This document shows positions 43,306-56,630 of a stretch of 64,000 nucleotides of DNA, piece by piece. The position numbers and the translations under genes were made by a program. The stretch spans positions 72,292,001-72,356,000 of the forward strand of contig OX597833.1 of assembly GCA_951406725.2 (NCBI GenBank). Reading direction: 5' to 3'. The stretch's first letter is position 1; every line of letters starts with the position of its first letter. Under the pieces are notes generated by a model, which saw nothing but the letters and a program-made list of their open reading frames with translations, was not told the origin of the DNA and did no database searches. This DNA is from Octopus vulgaris. Taxonomy: Eukaryota.

Positions 43306-44149
43306 TTCTATTATATTTCTCTTCTACCAGATATTTACATACAAGTTATTCTGATGAATTAGCAGTGTAAGGCAGGGGTTTCTAATTGGGCCTGCTTCAC
43401 TGCAGTGGATGATGCTAGACACTGTTTCTCTCAAGACACTCAACTTCACACACACACACTCATAATGAACTTGTACATTATTTCTGTCTACTAAATCACA
43501 TTCACACTGTATTGGTCAACTCCAGGCTCTGCTAGAAGACACCTGCCTGAGTTGCAAAGTGAATATTCTTTTTTACGCAGACCATACTTTTAAAGTGTTA
43601 ACAAAGTGTTCTTATCCAGTTTTCGATTCTCATATTTTTACTTCCTTAATTCCATTAATTCCAGCTGCTCTCAGACGTTCTGCTTCTCTGAGACAAGCTA
43701 TTTGAAAATATTAAAATATTTTCTTTCATAATTTTCTGCAATTTCTTAAAATATATTCAAAACACTGACTTCAACCAAAGTAATAAGGCAAATAATTCTT
43801 TGTTGCATTTTTTAGTTTTTCTTTGACCATTTTTGATGGGTTTTTTCCAGTCTTTTTTATTTCTCTTCTTCAATTTCACTGTAACAATAATTTTGCTTTA
43901 TTATTTGATGACAAACGCTGATGGATTAGTCGAGTTGTTTTAGGACCAAACATAATGTTTTTTGTTGTTTGTTTGAGCTCTTCATTTTCTGAGTTCAGTT
44001 CCCACTGACATTGACTTTGTCTTTCATCTTCCTGGGGCTGGGGGTGTTGATAAATAAGTCCCACTTAAGTACTGGGATTGATTCACTTCCCTTTTTCCAA
44101 ATTCCTGCCTTTGTGTTTACATAAGAAATTATTATTATTATTATTATTA

Positions 44150-44310
44150 AGGCAGAATCGTTAGCATGCCAGGCAAAATGCTTAGCAGTATTTCATCTGT
44201 CTGTACGTTCTGAGTTTAAATTTGCCAAGGTTGACTTTACCTTTCATCCTTTTGGGGTCGATAATACAAGTACCAGTTGAGTACTAGTGTTTAGAGTAGA
44301 AAGGACATTA
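44150..44310 (+). mobile_element. SINE family C
   Basis: ggcagaatcgttagcatgccaggcaaaatgcttagc..acctttcatccttttggggtcgataa. Confidence 0.78.
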
Positions 44311-44867
44311 TTATTTGGTGAGTTAGTAGGTTGATTAGAACAAGTTCAATATTGCTTGCAGTATTTACTCCCATGTCTTTGTTTTCAGTTCAAATCCCAC
44401 CTAGATCTGTTTTCTTTTATCAACCTCAAAAGGCTGAAGGACAAAGTACAAGTTGAGTACTTTGAGTGAGCCACAGTTCTCCCTTGCCATTTTGTGGTTC
44501 ATCTATCACGGTTTATTATTTAAGCTTACGTCAATTCCTCCCGAGTGGTCTTTCGCATTTATAATAAAATAAATATATACAAATTATAAAAATAATAAAA
44601 ACAAATATACAGTACTGTTTCTCCTTCGTGGACTTTCACCTGTGGGGGTGGCACGTAAAACCTGCAATAGTCAAGGGATTACTTTATTGACTGGAACTCC
44701 TTTCTAAATTGCTGGCCTCTGCCTAACTTAGAAACAATTATTATTTAGAACATATATTGACAAAGATGCAATTGTCATCTTTGTCTTTCATCTTGTCCAG
44801 GTAATTTTCTCTGCTCCTAAAAAATCTGTTTTGACTTACGATTGGTCATCATGATTGAGTTATAGGT

Positions 44868-45070
44868 CAGTGGTTCTCAAACTCCCCAACACACCCCTTA
44901 CCTCGCTATCCCTACAATTTCTGTCTTTTAATGAGAAAAGATTTTTGAACTCGTATAATTCTTTCTTCATGATGTTTAACAAGTTCAAAGATTGTGGAAC
45001 TATCGAAATTCTCTAAAATTGCTCAGTCTCCACAGGTCGGTTCCCCCCCCCCCCAATATGAAAAACACTG
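44868..45070. mobile_element. hAT (Charlie/MER5-like) MITE
   Basis: The short TIRs are CAGTGGTTCTCAA ... TGAAAAACACTG. The TSD is not preserved. Confidence 0.5.
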
Positions 45071-45687
45071 GCCTGAGACAAATGAGGTGCACAATTTGTT
45101 ACTGCAGCATGTTCCACACAAGCTTTTGGCCCTTCCACATTTCTCTTAATCTCAAATATCTGGAGACTGTTAGGTCACACTTCAGACTCTCTCTCCCTCT
45201 CTCTCTCTTAGTTCACCAATTGGGACGTTACTAAAATATGTATCTGTTCACTTTTCATTTCCTATCTCCTCCTCCTCCTTCTCTCCCCAACCCCCCAGTT
45301 TTCCATCCTCTCTATTGATTTTTGTGGCATTGCCTTTCGACCTTCCAATGTCCAAAGGATAAATACCACTTAAGTACTGGGGTTGATATTGTTTGTACCC
45401 TGGCAGGGATTGGGGATTGATACAACTGTCAAGAAGTGAGGTTAATCTTGCTCCAAAATTTGTGGCTTGTTGTGTTATAATTGAGAGATAAATGGATTAA
45501 GAGAAATGGCAATGCTGGACTTAAATGCCTCTTGTTGAGATTACCTTTCATACATCTGTGCTTGATTTGAATAAATACCATATTTGGTACAGGGAGGTGC
45601 TTCCTGCCACAATTTCTGGCATTGTACCCATATGAGAAATCACCTTCATAATCATCATCATTATTATTATTATTATTATTATTACTA

Positions 45688-46105
45688 AGGCAATGTGCTG
45701 GTAGAATTGTTGGAGCATGAGAAAATATTCCCAGGGGCATTTCCCCCATCACTTTACATTCTGAGTTCAAATCTTGCCAAGTTCAACTCTGCCTTTGGAC
45801 AAAATGCCTAGCAATACAAGTTCTGGGGTTGATGCAGTTGATTTGCCCTCTTCCTTCAAAACTATTGGTTTTTTTGTGGTAAAAAGAAAACTGGTGAGCA
45901 AGTAGGATCCTTAAAATGTCGGACAAAATGCTTTGTGATATTTCATGCATCTTTATGTTCTGAGCTTAGATTTTGTCAATGTTGACTTTGCCTTTCATCC
46001 TTACAGGGTTGATGAAAGAAGTACCAGTGGTGCACTGGGGTTGATGTAATTGTCTAGCCCTACCCCTAAAACTTGAGGCTTTTTGCTTGTTGTAGAAAGG
46101 ATTGT
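45688..46105 (+). mobile_element. two tandem degenerate family C SINEs
   Basis: There are two successive heads with ttctgagttcaaa/ttctgagctta. The second carries gcctttcatccttacaggg. Confidence 0.7.
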
Positions 46106-46199
46106 TATTATTATTATTATTATACTTATGCTAGAGGTTTGGCAGCAGAACTTTAGACTAAATGTTGAAAAGTCAAATCAATGTATGATTCTCTACAGA

Positions 46200-46390
46200 G
46201 TTGCTCTACCTGGTAGAAATAGCAGCCAAATCTTCGGGTCACTCTGCCGTCTTTAAGAAAATAAAAAATGACTAGGTCACATAGGATAATGTCATCTGAG
46301 ATACTATGGAAAATATGATGGAATGGTCATGGCTGGAATGCCTTTTGAGCCTAGATTTGCTCAATCAGGGTTGACTTTGGTACACACAAC
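46200..46390 (+). repeat. dispersed repeat family E
   Basis: gtagaaatagcagccaaatc..ggataatgtc..ggaatggtcatggctggaatgcctttt..tcaatcagggttgac. Confidence 0.75.
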
Positions 46391-46701
46391 ACCATTAACA
46401 AATGTCTAACTGTCTTTAGCTGTGTCCCCTTTCATCCGACCACTTTTAATAATGTACTTTAGTCTGAACTCAATCAATAGTCCCTCCCATCCGCTGGCTT
46501 TGTGCCCATGTGAGAAATCACAATTATTATAAACTCAAACTGCTGCTTTCTTTCAATTGTCACTAAAAACCTATTTCCTTAAACCTTTGTTCATATTGAT
46601 GTTTTTATTGCAATTGTTCATTTTCATAGGCATTTTTTTTTGTTTGTTTATTTCTTGTTATTCAGTCTCTTTGCTCAGATCAATTAACTCCGGTCAAACA
46701 A

Positions 46702-46739
<38 letters not shown>

Positions 46740-46949
46740 GTATGTATATATATTATTGTTCTCTCGCTTTTAACTTGTCATTTGATTTTATTTTTGTTGT
46801 TCCTTGCTCAGTTCATTCTGTTAAACAGCCAGATAGGTTTTATTCGTCATTGCCCTCTTTCTTCACTCTAATCAAACTAGTGTGTGTGTGTGTGTGTAGT
46901 AGTAGTAGTGCTCATTGTTAATGGAACTGTATTTACACTTATTTAAACT

Positions 46950-47265
46950 TCCATGCTGGAGCACTGCTTTGAAGGGGTTCTGCTTAAACAAATTGACCCC
47001 AGGACTTATTTTTGAAGCCTGGTTCTTACTCTATAGGTCTCTTTGCTGAATTGCTAAGTTAAAAGGGCGAAAATAAGCCACCACTTGTTGGGGTGGGAGC
47101 AAAGACACTCACGATAATCTTCTTTTTAGTTTCCATCTACCAAAGCTGTGCCCAAGGCTTTGGCTACAGTAGAAGTTATTTATCCAAGGTGCCATGCAAT
47201 GGGGCTGAACCCAAGAGCACCTGGTTTGCAAGCAAGCTTCTTAACCATACAGCCACACCTGCACC
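46950..47265 (-). mobile_element. SINE family A, degenerate
   Basis: ccatgctggagcactgc..gaccccaggactta..ggctgaacccaag..cagccacacctgc. Confidence 0.78.
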
Positions 47266-48429
47266 TAATGGTTCTTGCATATTAATCGAATCTTTCATTC
47301 CTCCTCCTCGCTTCTTTCTTAAGGGTCAAAGCCAAATGGAATTTGCTGCCATAAAATCCTTCTCTCTTCACTCTGATCTTGATCAAATTTCAAAAAGTTT
47401 AAATCCAACTTTTTATTATTTTTTTTATTAACCATAATCAGTCATCCGTCACTTGTCCACATTTCCCACCCTATGAGGAACCCTGGATCACTGATGCATG
47501 TCCATGTGGCACATATTCACCAATACGATGCCTGATGATCAGACTGATCAGACCAGTGCAAACATTGTGTAGAGATAAATAATGGGAAACGTTTTATCCC
47601 TGAAGCTGAAGTTAATTATAAAAATCTTGTCAATACGTTTCTGTTTTCAATACAACTGAGACAGAATCTCTGTCTCCTTATTTGTTGAATGCCAGTTCTG
47701 TATGGCCAGACCTGTAGATAACTATTTCGTTATCTATATTTCTTTTATGTTTCCTTTTATTATCATTACGATATAAACCATTCTCTTATCTGTCTCTCTG
47801 TTGCCGTTCACTTTTGACATCCGTCTTTGTTTTTTTTCTTTCTTAAATCTTTCAATCTCTTGAATTCTTTATATTTTTTCTTTCCACATTGATATATCAT
47901 CAGTTCTTCTTTTATCTTTTGATATCATCCATTATCTTTTTCTATATACGTTTCTCATTTTGATATATATTTCTCATTTATCTTTCAATATCACCTGCTC
48001 TCATTTTTTAAATATTTTTCTATATCACCTGTTCCTTTTTATCCTTCCGTATCACCTGTTCCATTTCGGCTTCTTTTAGTTTCCTTAGATTTCATTTGTC
48101 TTTCATATCATTCATTACCTTCATTGTCTTTTGAGATCACACATAAAACATTCTTCCTTTCGTTCATAACCTTCCTATTCTGTTTTGAAGAAAGAAGAGG
48201 AGGCAGGTAGGAGGGGAGGGGCTTTATTGGTTGTTCAGTCTGCTTGAAATAGCAGCCAAATCTCCCTACCACCTTACAGACAAAAATATGCTTGGGCAAG
48301 AATATGAGGTCAAAATTAAAAGTGATCAGAGCTGGAACATTTCTCATCATAAAAGTTCTCTTAATTAGGATTGAGTTGGCAATCAAGAATCACATCCTTA
48401 ATTCTAACTTTTGAAATCCTCAGTTCCCA

Positions 48430-49112
48430 AAAGCTTGAAAGAAATGAAGCCAGTACACTTTGATGGATGTGCAATGTCAGTGTGCATGTTCAACAGAGTG
48501 TCAGCATCTTGAGAGAAAAGTTGGGCATAAGAGGCATCAGATGTGGTGTGCAAGAGAGACTGGTATGGTCGTGTGATGTGTATGGATGTGGACAGCTGTG
48601 TAACTGTGGAGAGAACTTGTGGTAGAGGTAGACCCAGGAAGACATGGGACAAGGTGGTGAAGCATGATCTTTGAATGTTGAGCCTCACAGAGGCAATGAC
48701 TGGTGACCGAGGCGTTTGGCGATATGCTGTGCTTGAGAAGACCTGCCAAACCAGGTCAAATTGTTGTCATGGCCGATGCAGGGGTCATGTAATTGGTACC
48801 CGTGCTGATGGCACATGGAAAGCACTTTTTGAGCGTTGAGCCTCACGGAGGCAATAACCGAGGCCTTTGGCATTATGTCGTGCTTGAGAAAACCCAACAA
48901 GCCAAGTAAAATTGCAGTTGTGGCAGATACTGGTGTCATACAAATGGCACCCATTATACTCTCAGAGTGTTTGGCGTTAGGAAGGGCATCCAGCCATAGA
49001 AAACATGCCAACTCAGACTGGAGTCTGGTACAGCCTTCCAGCATGCCAGCCCGGTCAAACCATCCAACCCATGCCAGCATGGACAACGGACATGGAATGA
49101 TGATGATGATGA
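48430..49112 (+). mobile_element. RTE LINE 3' end with duplicated terminus and family B tail
   Basis: It translates KLERNEAS..WMCNVSVHVQQSVSILREKLGIRGIRCGVQER..WYG..GRGRPRKTWDKVVKHDL..YAVLEKT. The terminus is repeated at ~48830-48910 and the element ends in (gat)n. Confidence 0.85.
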
Positions 49113-51519
49113 TTCACCTATCAATTGTAATCTCTCACTAAATATGGAAACTTAGGGTTGCCTTTTTCATATTCAACTGAACATATTTCTTTAATCTAAA
49201 TCCTAATCTCATAATGTTGTTAATTAAATTTAGATTTTTACATCCGGAGTTAATAAAAGAGCTGCCATACTTTTATTTGTTGCCAATGTTTGAATATTGG
49301 TTGACATAGCAAAAAGACAAAAAAGGAAAACGAAAGACATAAAGTCGATCTATAAAGGTATCAGGAACCATTTACCGTACCTGATTCACAACTCTTCCTC
49401 ACATGTTTTGCCTGTTTTACAGTATATTTTGGTTCTTCTTTCGGCAGTTTTTATTAAAGATGTCTTTAGAACTTGGATGTTTTTACTCTCTGAACTCTGT
49501 CAGTCGCATCATTTGTACAGCTGTTACCTCCCAGTAAGAATATGATGGCTGTGTTTTATTAGAGATCTGTGTAGAACTTGGAAATTTTAACTCTGTGAAC
49601 CTTGCTGCTGACAAAATAATGTAAAGCTAATGTCTCCCAGGAAGTAACAGAAACAAAAAAAAAAGTCAGATGTTTTCTAAAACTGTTTATGTGTCATTGG
49701 GTCCTTCATTGAAGATTTTTTTCTTCTTTTCAATGAATTTGTCAAGGACAAACCATCCTGGTAGAGGAACAGACACCATTCCAGATTATTTACTATTCAT
49801 TACTGCTGGGAATTGCAGTCACAATGAATTATTGATAACAATCTACATTTTGGATTTGAGATCCGAGAATTAAAGCCACATATTTGCTGGGAGTTTACCA
49901 TTTCTTGTCTTCAATCTTTTCAATTATGGGATGAACCTCATCTGAATTCTAATCCTTGGGGGGATTAGCATTTTCCAGTTTTGTTGTTGAGCCCTAAATC
50001 ATCACTGATTGAGTAGACCCAAGACCAAAGGTTTTGCACCCCACTTTTTTTTTTTTTTACTTTTCTTTCCTTTTCTTTTTGTTTTTCCAAAGTGCATTCT
50101 CTGGGTTATGTTATCGAATGTCTTTTTTGTTAGGTTTGTTGTGGTTTAAGGAAGATTTAGCTACTATTTCTAGCAAGTTTAATTATCCCATAGAAAGCCC
50201 CATCATTTCCCATTGTGATAGCAGATTGAGGTACTGGAAGTATGGTTCTTGAATACTATTAACAAGAGACAATTGAATAAATCAATGTCCTAAATTGTTT
50301 TTTAAATTAAAATGATGCCAACTGATGCTTATACCACTTCATGGCTTTTTGAATTTTTTTTCTATTGGTGAAATGTCTATTACTAAACAACCAGATCAGA
50401 TTGGAGCCAGGTGTAGCCTTCTGGCTCACCAGCCCACAGTCAAGCTGTCCAACCCATGCTAGCATGGAAAGCAGACGTTAAACGATGATGATGATGAACC
50501 AGCTGAGTCATCATACACACGGGGTGTGTAGTTGTTTCTAGGCAACAGAATCTTTCCTCAACACTCAACAAATGCGTATTTTATTGAGCTCTGAAACTTA
50601 ATGCCATGGGCATTTTATTCCAAATCTCTTTTGATTCGACCAAGTCACTGCAGAAGGACGAAATCAAAGTTGATCTTAGTGGGATTTGAACTAAGAGTGT
50701 AAAGAGCTATAACTAAGCTTTTGTATGACACTTTTAAGGATTCTGCCAGTACAGGCCCCTAAATGTTTGCAATAGAGTGAATGGTGCTAAAAGCATCTAA
50801 CGACCAAGTAGTGTTACTAAACACCAATGACATCCTAACACTTAGAAGCAGGAATTCACCCTCCGACTGGCTTCTCTGCATTTTCTGTCTTGCAAATTTC
50901 TGTTTCAAGGCCAAACTGAAGCTGATGCACAATGAGCTCAAATCCCAGAATGCATTGTTGTGATGCACACGCAGCTGTATCTGTCCCTTTATTTAATTTT
51001 TAAATGATGTGGGGAAAGGCAAGGGACCAAATATCGACTCTGTTTTCAATGGATATTGTAGATGATTGAAGCAAGGATAAAATTGGTTTGGTAACTTTAT
51101 AAACTTTAAATATGTCCTTAGGAATTAACTACTTTTTTTAATACTTAAAAAGTAGGGCTTCAGAGCCTTATTTTGGAGCTTTGTGTATCCCCAAATGGAT
51201 AAGGATCTTGCCAGATGACGGTGCTGCAGATAGGGACCAATGGTGAAAGTGGATTGGTTTGTGTTGAGTGAACAATCTCTTATATAACATTGTGGATTAT
51301 TAATTTGTATAGAGAGGACAGGGTTGAAGGAGGAGGGAATAGAAATGCTTTGAGGCAGTCATCATCATCATCATCATCATCGTCACCAGTTTCAGACAGA
51401 TTGATTCTTATTAATGTCTGTCATTTCCATTAAAATTTTTCTTTCCAAAAATATCTGCAAGTGTCAATAAAAACTAAATATAAATTAAATAAAATTGTCA
51501 GGAGAGATTTGTTGATGCC

Positions 51520-51552
<33 letters not shown>

Positions 51553-51619
51553 TTGTTGAATTGTGTTGACAAATGAACATTCTAGAATAAATAGTACAAA
51601 TACACAGTTTGCATCGTAA

Positions 51620-52030
51620 CAGGGGGCAGGGAAACTTTTGGTTTTTGAGGACCTTATGTTAAAAATGATTATATAGTGTTATATTTATTCTAGAATTTTA
51701 AAAGTTATCACAAAAATACTTAAAAAAGTTAGATTCTTTTATTTCTTTTTTCAGTATTTATATGTTTTCACTATAAAATGTACTCATTTTTTTACATAAT
51801 TAATAAAAAAATTTCTTAAGTGTAATTTCCTAAAATTATATTAAATTCAGAGTGGCCTTCAAATATACAAAAGAATTGTTCCGAATCCTTGTGGTAACAT
51901 TGAATTGACATCCAAAATTGTGTAACTCTGAGAAACCTATTCATTGTGGAACTTGGCCAAAAGAAAGTCCTCTGTCTGATGATAGCCAATGTGTAACCCC
52001 ATTTCATCAACATTTCAATCTATTTAAGAC
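51620..52030 (-). mobile_element. possible hAT (Buster/Charlie-like) 3' end remnant
   Basis: A TIR-like CAGGGGGCAGGGAAACTTTT lies at 51620, and minus-strand FW...SEQFF resembles the hAT C-terminus. Confidence 0.3.
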
Positions 52031-53338
52031 AGTGTCAGGGCCCTCCATGTGGCCATTTGACCTGCTATAAATAACAAAAACATTATCTTCAAATCACACC
52101 CTACCTTTTTTTGTCACGTTACTTTATACAATCCAAGGTAGACTTATAAAGAAAATGCCTATGTCAAAATGGTATTTGTAATTGCTGCTGTTGATATTTT
52201 CTTTTTTGTTTTATTTATTTTTTATGCAAACTCATATTTATGGAAAAAAAGAAATAGAATAGGTCAGCTTGGTATGAAATATTATGCACCTCCCAACATG
52301 GGGACCTTTTTGTGGTCACTGGCTTTGTTAGATATAACAGCTAAATATACCTCAAAATGTACACCTGTCCATCTTAAACAAAATATTACATTTGATTATG
52401 TAGTCTTAGATACACCTGTCTGAAAAAAATAGATGGAATGGTCACAGATGGCACAGCTGGATCAGGTATGACCCGAGGCAAAAAGTCACAGCACCAAAAT
52501 CAGTTTCACTCTGTTAACACAATCACAACCTGGTCTTTGGATGCCTTTAATGTAAGAGTTCCTGGCATCATTATTTAACCAAATTTTATAAACACTCTTT
52601 CCTTTTCCATGCTCTGAGGAGAGAAAACAGAAAATATGCAAATTATTTTAATAAAAAAGAAACTGATTTTGCGCAAGTATTTCATGATTTATGGTTTTAT
52701 GCTCTACCATCCAACTTGTATTTTCTTATAAGATATTTGCCTGGAGAAATGCTTTTATTGTGATAATTGGTTCATGGAAATTACTAAAGAAGTGAAGGAG
52801 TTCATTAAGTGAAATTATACTGGGCCTGGTGCATCGTCAGTCCTCCTATTTCTACTCACCGATAACACTGATCCAATCATATTTTAATCCCAACAGAGAT
52901 TTTTTCTTCTTCTACAAAATGTGCTTAAAATTGTAGTTGGTGGTTTAAATATTTTACTTTTAAGAAAACTCCCAACCGTGTCAGTACCCAAGCCCTTTCC
53001 CTCCCTTCAAGAGGGGACAGCTGCCTGCACTAGAAATCATTCAATAGAGGAGTCGACACTCTTTCCTTCTCTCCCTCTCCTGTTACTGCAATAGTCTCAG
53101 CTCCTTTAAATGCATTAGGTGTATACAAACGCTTCCCTAGATATAGCAGCCAAATCTCTCTCAAGTCATTAGTTTTAAAGTAAGGAAGGACACACTGGAG
53201 GGCGCTGCCTGTGATAAAATGATTGGCTTGTCAGTGCTGGAATATCTTAGATCAGACCTGACCTGGGGCTAAATTACAGCTCTGTGTTTAATGAGTAAAC
53301 GCATGCACGTGTGTGTGTGTGTGCGTGTGTGTGTGTGC

Positions 53339-53378
<40 letters not shown>

Positions 53379-53859
53379 GCCGCAACAGAATGAATCATCA
53401 AATTTTAATAACTTGACATGTTTCGAGTACTTATTCTGTCAATATTACGTAAATGTATATAATTATAAACACACACTCACACAAATTTATATACATTATA
53501 AATGTTTTACACCCATTTATTTGCCATATATGGGTGGAATGGTGGGGATTTTTCTTTTATTTTCTCTCTCTCTCTCTTTTTATAGGAACATAAAAACCAT
53601 TCATCTGTGAAGGGATGGAGTGTGTTTCAAGTTTCAGGTCAGATTTATTGGAGCAAGCAAACCTGTGGCCACAACAGTTTGGGTTGTAGTTAAAGTAAAA
53701 CCCCTGTCACACAGATGGGGATGTCGTTGGTCACGAATCTGCTTTGATCATGACTAACTCTTGGACCATAAACAACAATATGCTAAATGTGCCTCGTATC
53801 AGTGTGGGTGGGTGGAGGAAGTGGTGGTGGCCATGGGCCTTCCAAGTACCATTGTGACT

Positions 53860-54690
53860 GGTGAGATTTGGATTGAATTAATGCAAGTCAGGAATTGCTG
53901 GAAAGACATGTGCAATGATGGCATTCCATAGGATTGTGATTGTAGGGAGGAAGGATTATGTAGTGTGGGGCGTAGTGTAAGGGGCTTGGGTGATGAGTGA
54001 GTCGAGTGTGCTTGATGGAGGTGGCACCAGACAAAACCAGTTCTGTTTTAAGGATTAGAAGCCATTGTAATAAGGGTTGAAAAAAGGTAGTAGAGTGAGA
54101 TGAGACTGGGGCAGGTGACTGTGTCTTTATCCATCAGTTGAGTGCCCTATCTCTGGCTGTAGTCTATGCTGTCTGTTTGTGTAGTAGCAACACTGTCCCA
54201 GGAGGGGATGTTGTACTTCATTGTGAATTTCATCAGAGTTAGTTGGGGTTTAACAGTTGTTAAGGGCCAAAGTATTTTCTGGTTATGAAGAGAAGGGCCA
54301 GTCATTGAAATTTTGTCTTAGATCTATTAATGGTGTGTGTAATTGTCACAAGAGATCCTCAGTGATAATGAGAGCCAGCAGTTGAAGTGATTGTGAGGGC
54401 TCTGGCTGTGTTCTGTGCAGGTTTAAGAAAGCAAGTAAGTGCTAGTGGTGGTTTTTGTTGTTGCTAGAAGTGGTAAGTTTAGCATTTACCTCTTTGAAGG
54501 ATGTTTTTTAGATCTGTGATCATGGAGTAGGTGCAGATTTGGCATGTGGTATTTAGGATGTTTGTGTTAAACCCATTTTGTGTTGCGATCCTCCAGCAAG
54601 CGATAGCTACATGGGGCAATCGTCCCCTTTTCCCTTCCTTAAGCAGGCCACACTTGGTTTTAAAAAGCATTTTGACCATTGATGTTATTG
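53860..54690 (-). pseudogene. decayed CR1/Jockey-group LINE 3' portion
   Basis: Minus-strand MKYNIPSWDSVATTQTDSID and SFLPTITILWNAIIAHVFPAIPDL resemble the EY.S..W and WNSLP C-terminal motifs. Confidence 0.5.
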
Positions 54691-54734
54691 CTAAAAACAA
54701 TCATGATGATGATGATGATGATTATCCTTTCTAT

Positions 54735-54940
54735 TATAGACACAAGGTTTGAAATTTTGGGGAAGGGGGAAAGGTCGATTACATCAACCCCAGTGCTCAA
54801 CTGGTACTTATTTTATCAATCCCTAAAGTATGAAAGGCAAAGTTGACCTTGGTGGAATTTGAACTCAGAACATAAAGACCGATGAAATGCTGCTAAGCAT
54901 TTATCCCGGCATGCTAAGGATTCTGCCAGCTTGCTGCCTT
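54735..54940 (-). mobile_element. SINE family C
   Basis: This is the reverse complement of the family C head and core (tgaaaggcaaagttgacc, tttgaactcagaac, ttctgccagcttgctgcc). Confidence 0.82.
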
Positions 54941-55190
54941 CATCATCATCATTGTTTAACGTCTGCTTTCCATGCTAGCATGGGTTGGACGGTTTTGACT
55001 GAGGGCTGGCGAACCAGATGGATGCACCAGGCTTCAATCTTGTTCTGGTAGAGTTTCTATAGCTGGATGCCCTTCCTAATGCCAACCACTCCGAGAGTGT
55101 AGTGGGTGCTTTTTATGTGCCACCAGCAGGGGGGCCAGTCAGGTGGTACTGGCAATGACCTCGCTCGAATCTTTTTACACCTGCCACCGG
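54941..55190 (-). mobile_element. family B short repeat
   Basis: (cat)n is followed by gtttaacgtctgctttccatgctagcatgggttggacgg..agctggatgcccttcctaatgccaaccactc. Confidence 0.85.
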
Positions 55191-56407
55191 CATGATAATA
55201 ATAACGATAATAATGATGATGATGATGATACACATGCACACACATAAGTTTCTAAATAGTTGTTAATAAATTCAGTAAATATTTCAAATCACCCCTGCAG
55301 AGTTTGGAAAATTCCAGGTGAACTGGTTCACTAAAAAAAAGAAAAAAGCTTGAAGTTTCTAATTGTATTTCTTTCACATGTGGCCAGTTCAACTAATGTC
55401 CATTACATGGTCAATTGAGTTGCTAGAATTAGTAACTAAATCTCTTTAAAATTACATTCTACTTACATTTAGCAGAAGGACACTCACATTGGATGGAATG
55501 ATTCTGGCTGTCTTTGATAATTGGTCTACTCAGTGAAGATCGACCTGGGGCTAAGCAAGTGATTCTCTTGAAAATGTGAACACAAAGCATGGCAATCAGA
55601 TTCCAATCATCTGAGGCCCCAGGAGTGAACAGTGGTTATCATTAAAGGAGGACCTTACTTAAAAGCAGGCCTGTGATCAAAAGTACTCCATCCATGGCCA
55701 TTGTACCATTTTTTTTTTGTTTTTTCAAATTCATCCTTCCTTTTTAAGATGTTAGGGTAGGAAATTTGGTTGCTATTTCTAGCAAGCTGAGCAAGAAAGT
55801 CTTATTTCTGCAGCTTGCTAGAAAATAGCAGCCAGAGTTCTTCCATATAAGACATATTCTACTGAATTAAATTGAGAAACATTGAACAGTGTAGTCCTAG
55901 GTACACTATCGCTACAAATGCATACACACATATATGATGGGCTTCTTCATAATTTCTGTTGGCCAAATTCCACTCCCAATTTATTGGTGACTCCAAGACT
56001 TACAATAGAAGACACCTCATGAGGCCAAGGGGTAAGCCTGAATCTTGAATTGTGTGGTTACTGCTAAGCACAGCTCTTAACCTTACAGCCTCACACACAC
56101 ACTGTGTATGTGTGTGTGGATATAATGTCCTTATTTGTTTTTTGTTTTTTTCCCAGTTGTTTTCCTTTCCTGTCATAAATATTAATGCTTGTGCTGGCCG
56201 TGTGTTTCTTCCAAACATTAACCCGCACCCTAACCGCGATATATTAACGATGGCATGTTTAATGATATCATTAGTTGTGTGTCAAGGTGACTTCTTCTGT
56301 TTCCCTCACAGACTAGAGTAAGTCATAAACTGCTTTGATATCATTTATCTCACAGTATTCAATAGTTTACTATACTGTAAAATGATGATAACATTAATGT
56401 TCAACAG

Positions 56408-56630
56408 CGAGGGAGCTTCTACATGGCTGATCAATTTGCTAAAAGTAGCAGCCAAATTTCCTTTAGAATCATGCTTCCGTATCTTAAACCGATACATTGT
56501 CTGGAGAAGAGAGGAAAAAGGCGAAATTAGATAATGTAGTCTTAAACACCCCATATACAGGCTGGGTGGTCATGGTTAGAATGCCTTTGATCATAGGTTT
56601 GCTGTATCAGGGCTGAGCTAAATCAAAACC
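56408..56630 (+). repeat. dispersed repeat family E
   Basis: gctaaaagtagcagccaaattt..gataatgtagtc..ggtcatggttagaatgcctttgatcatagg. Confidence 0.75.
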
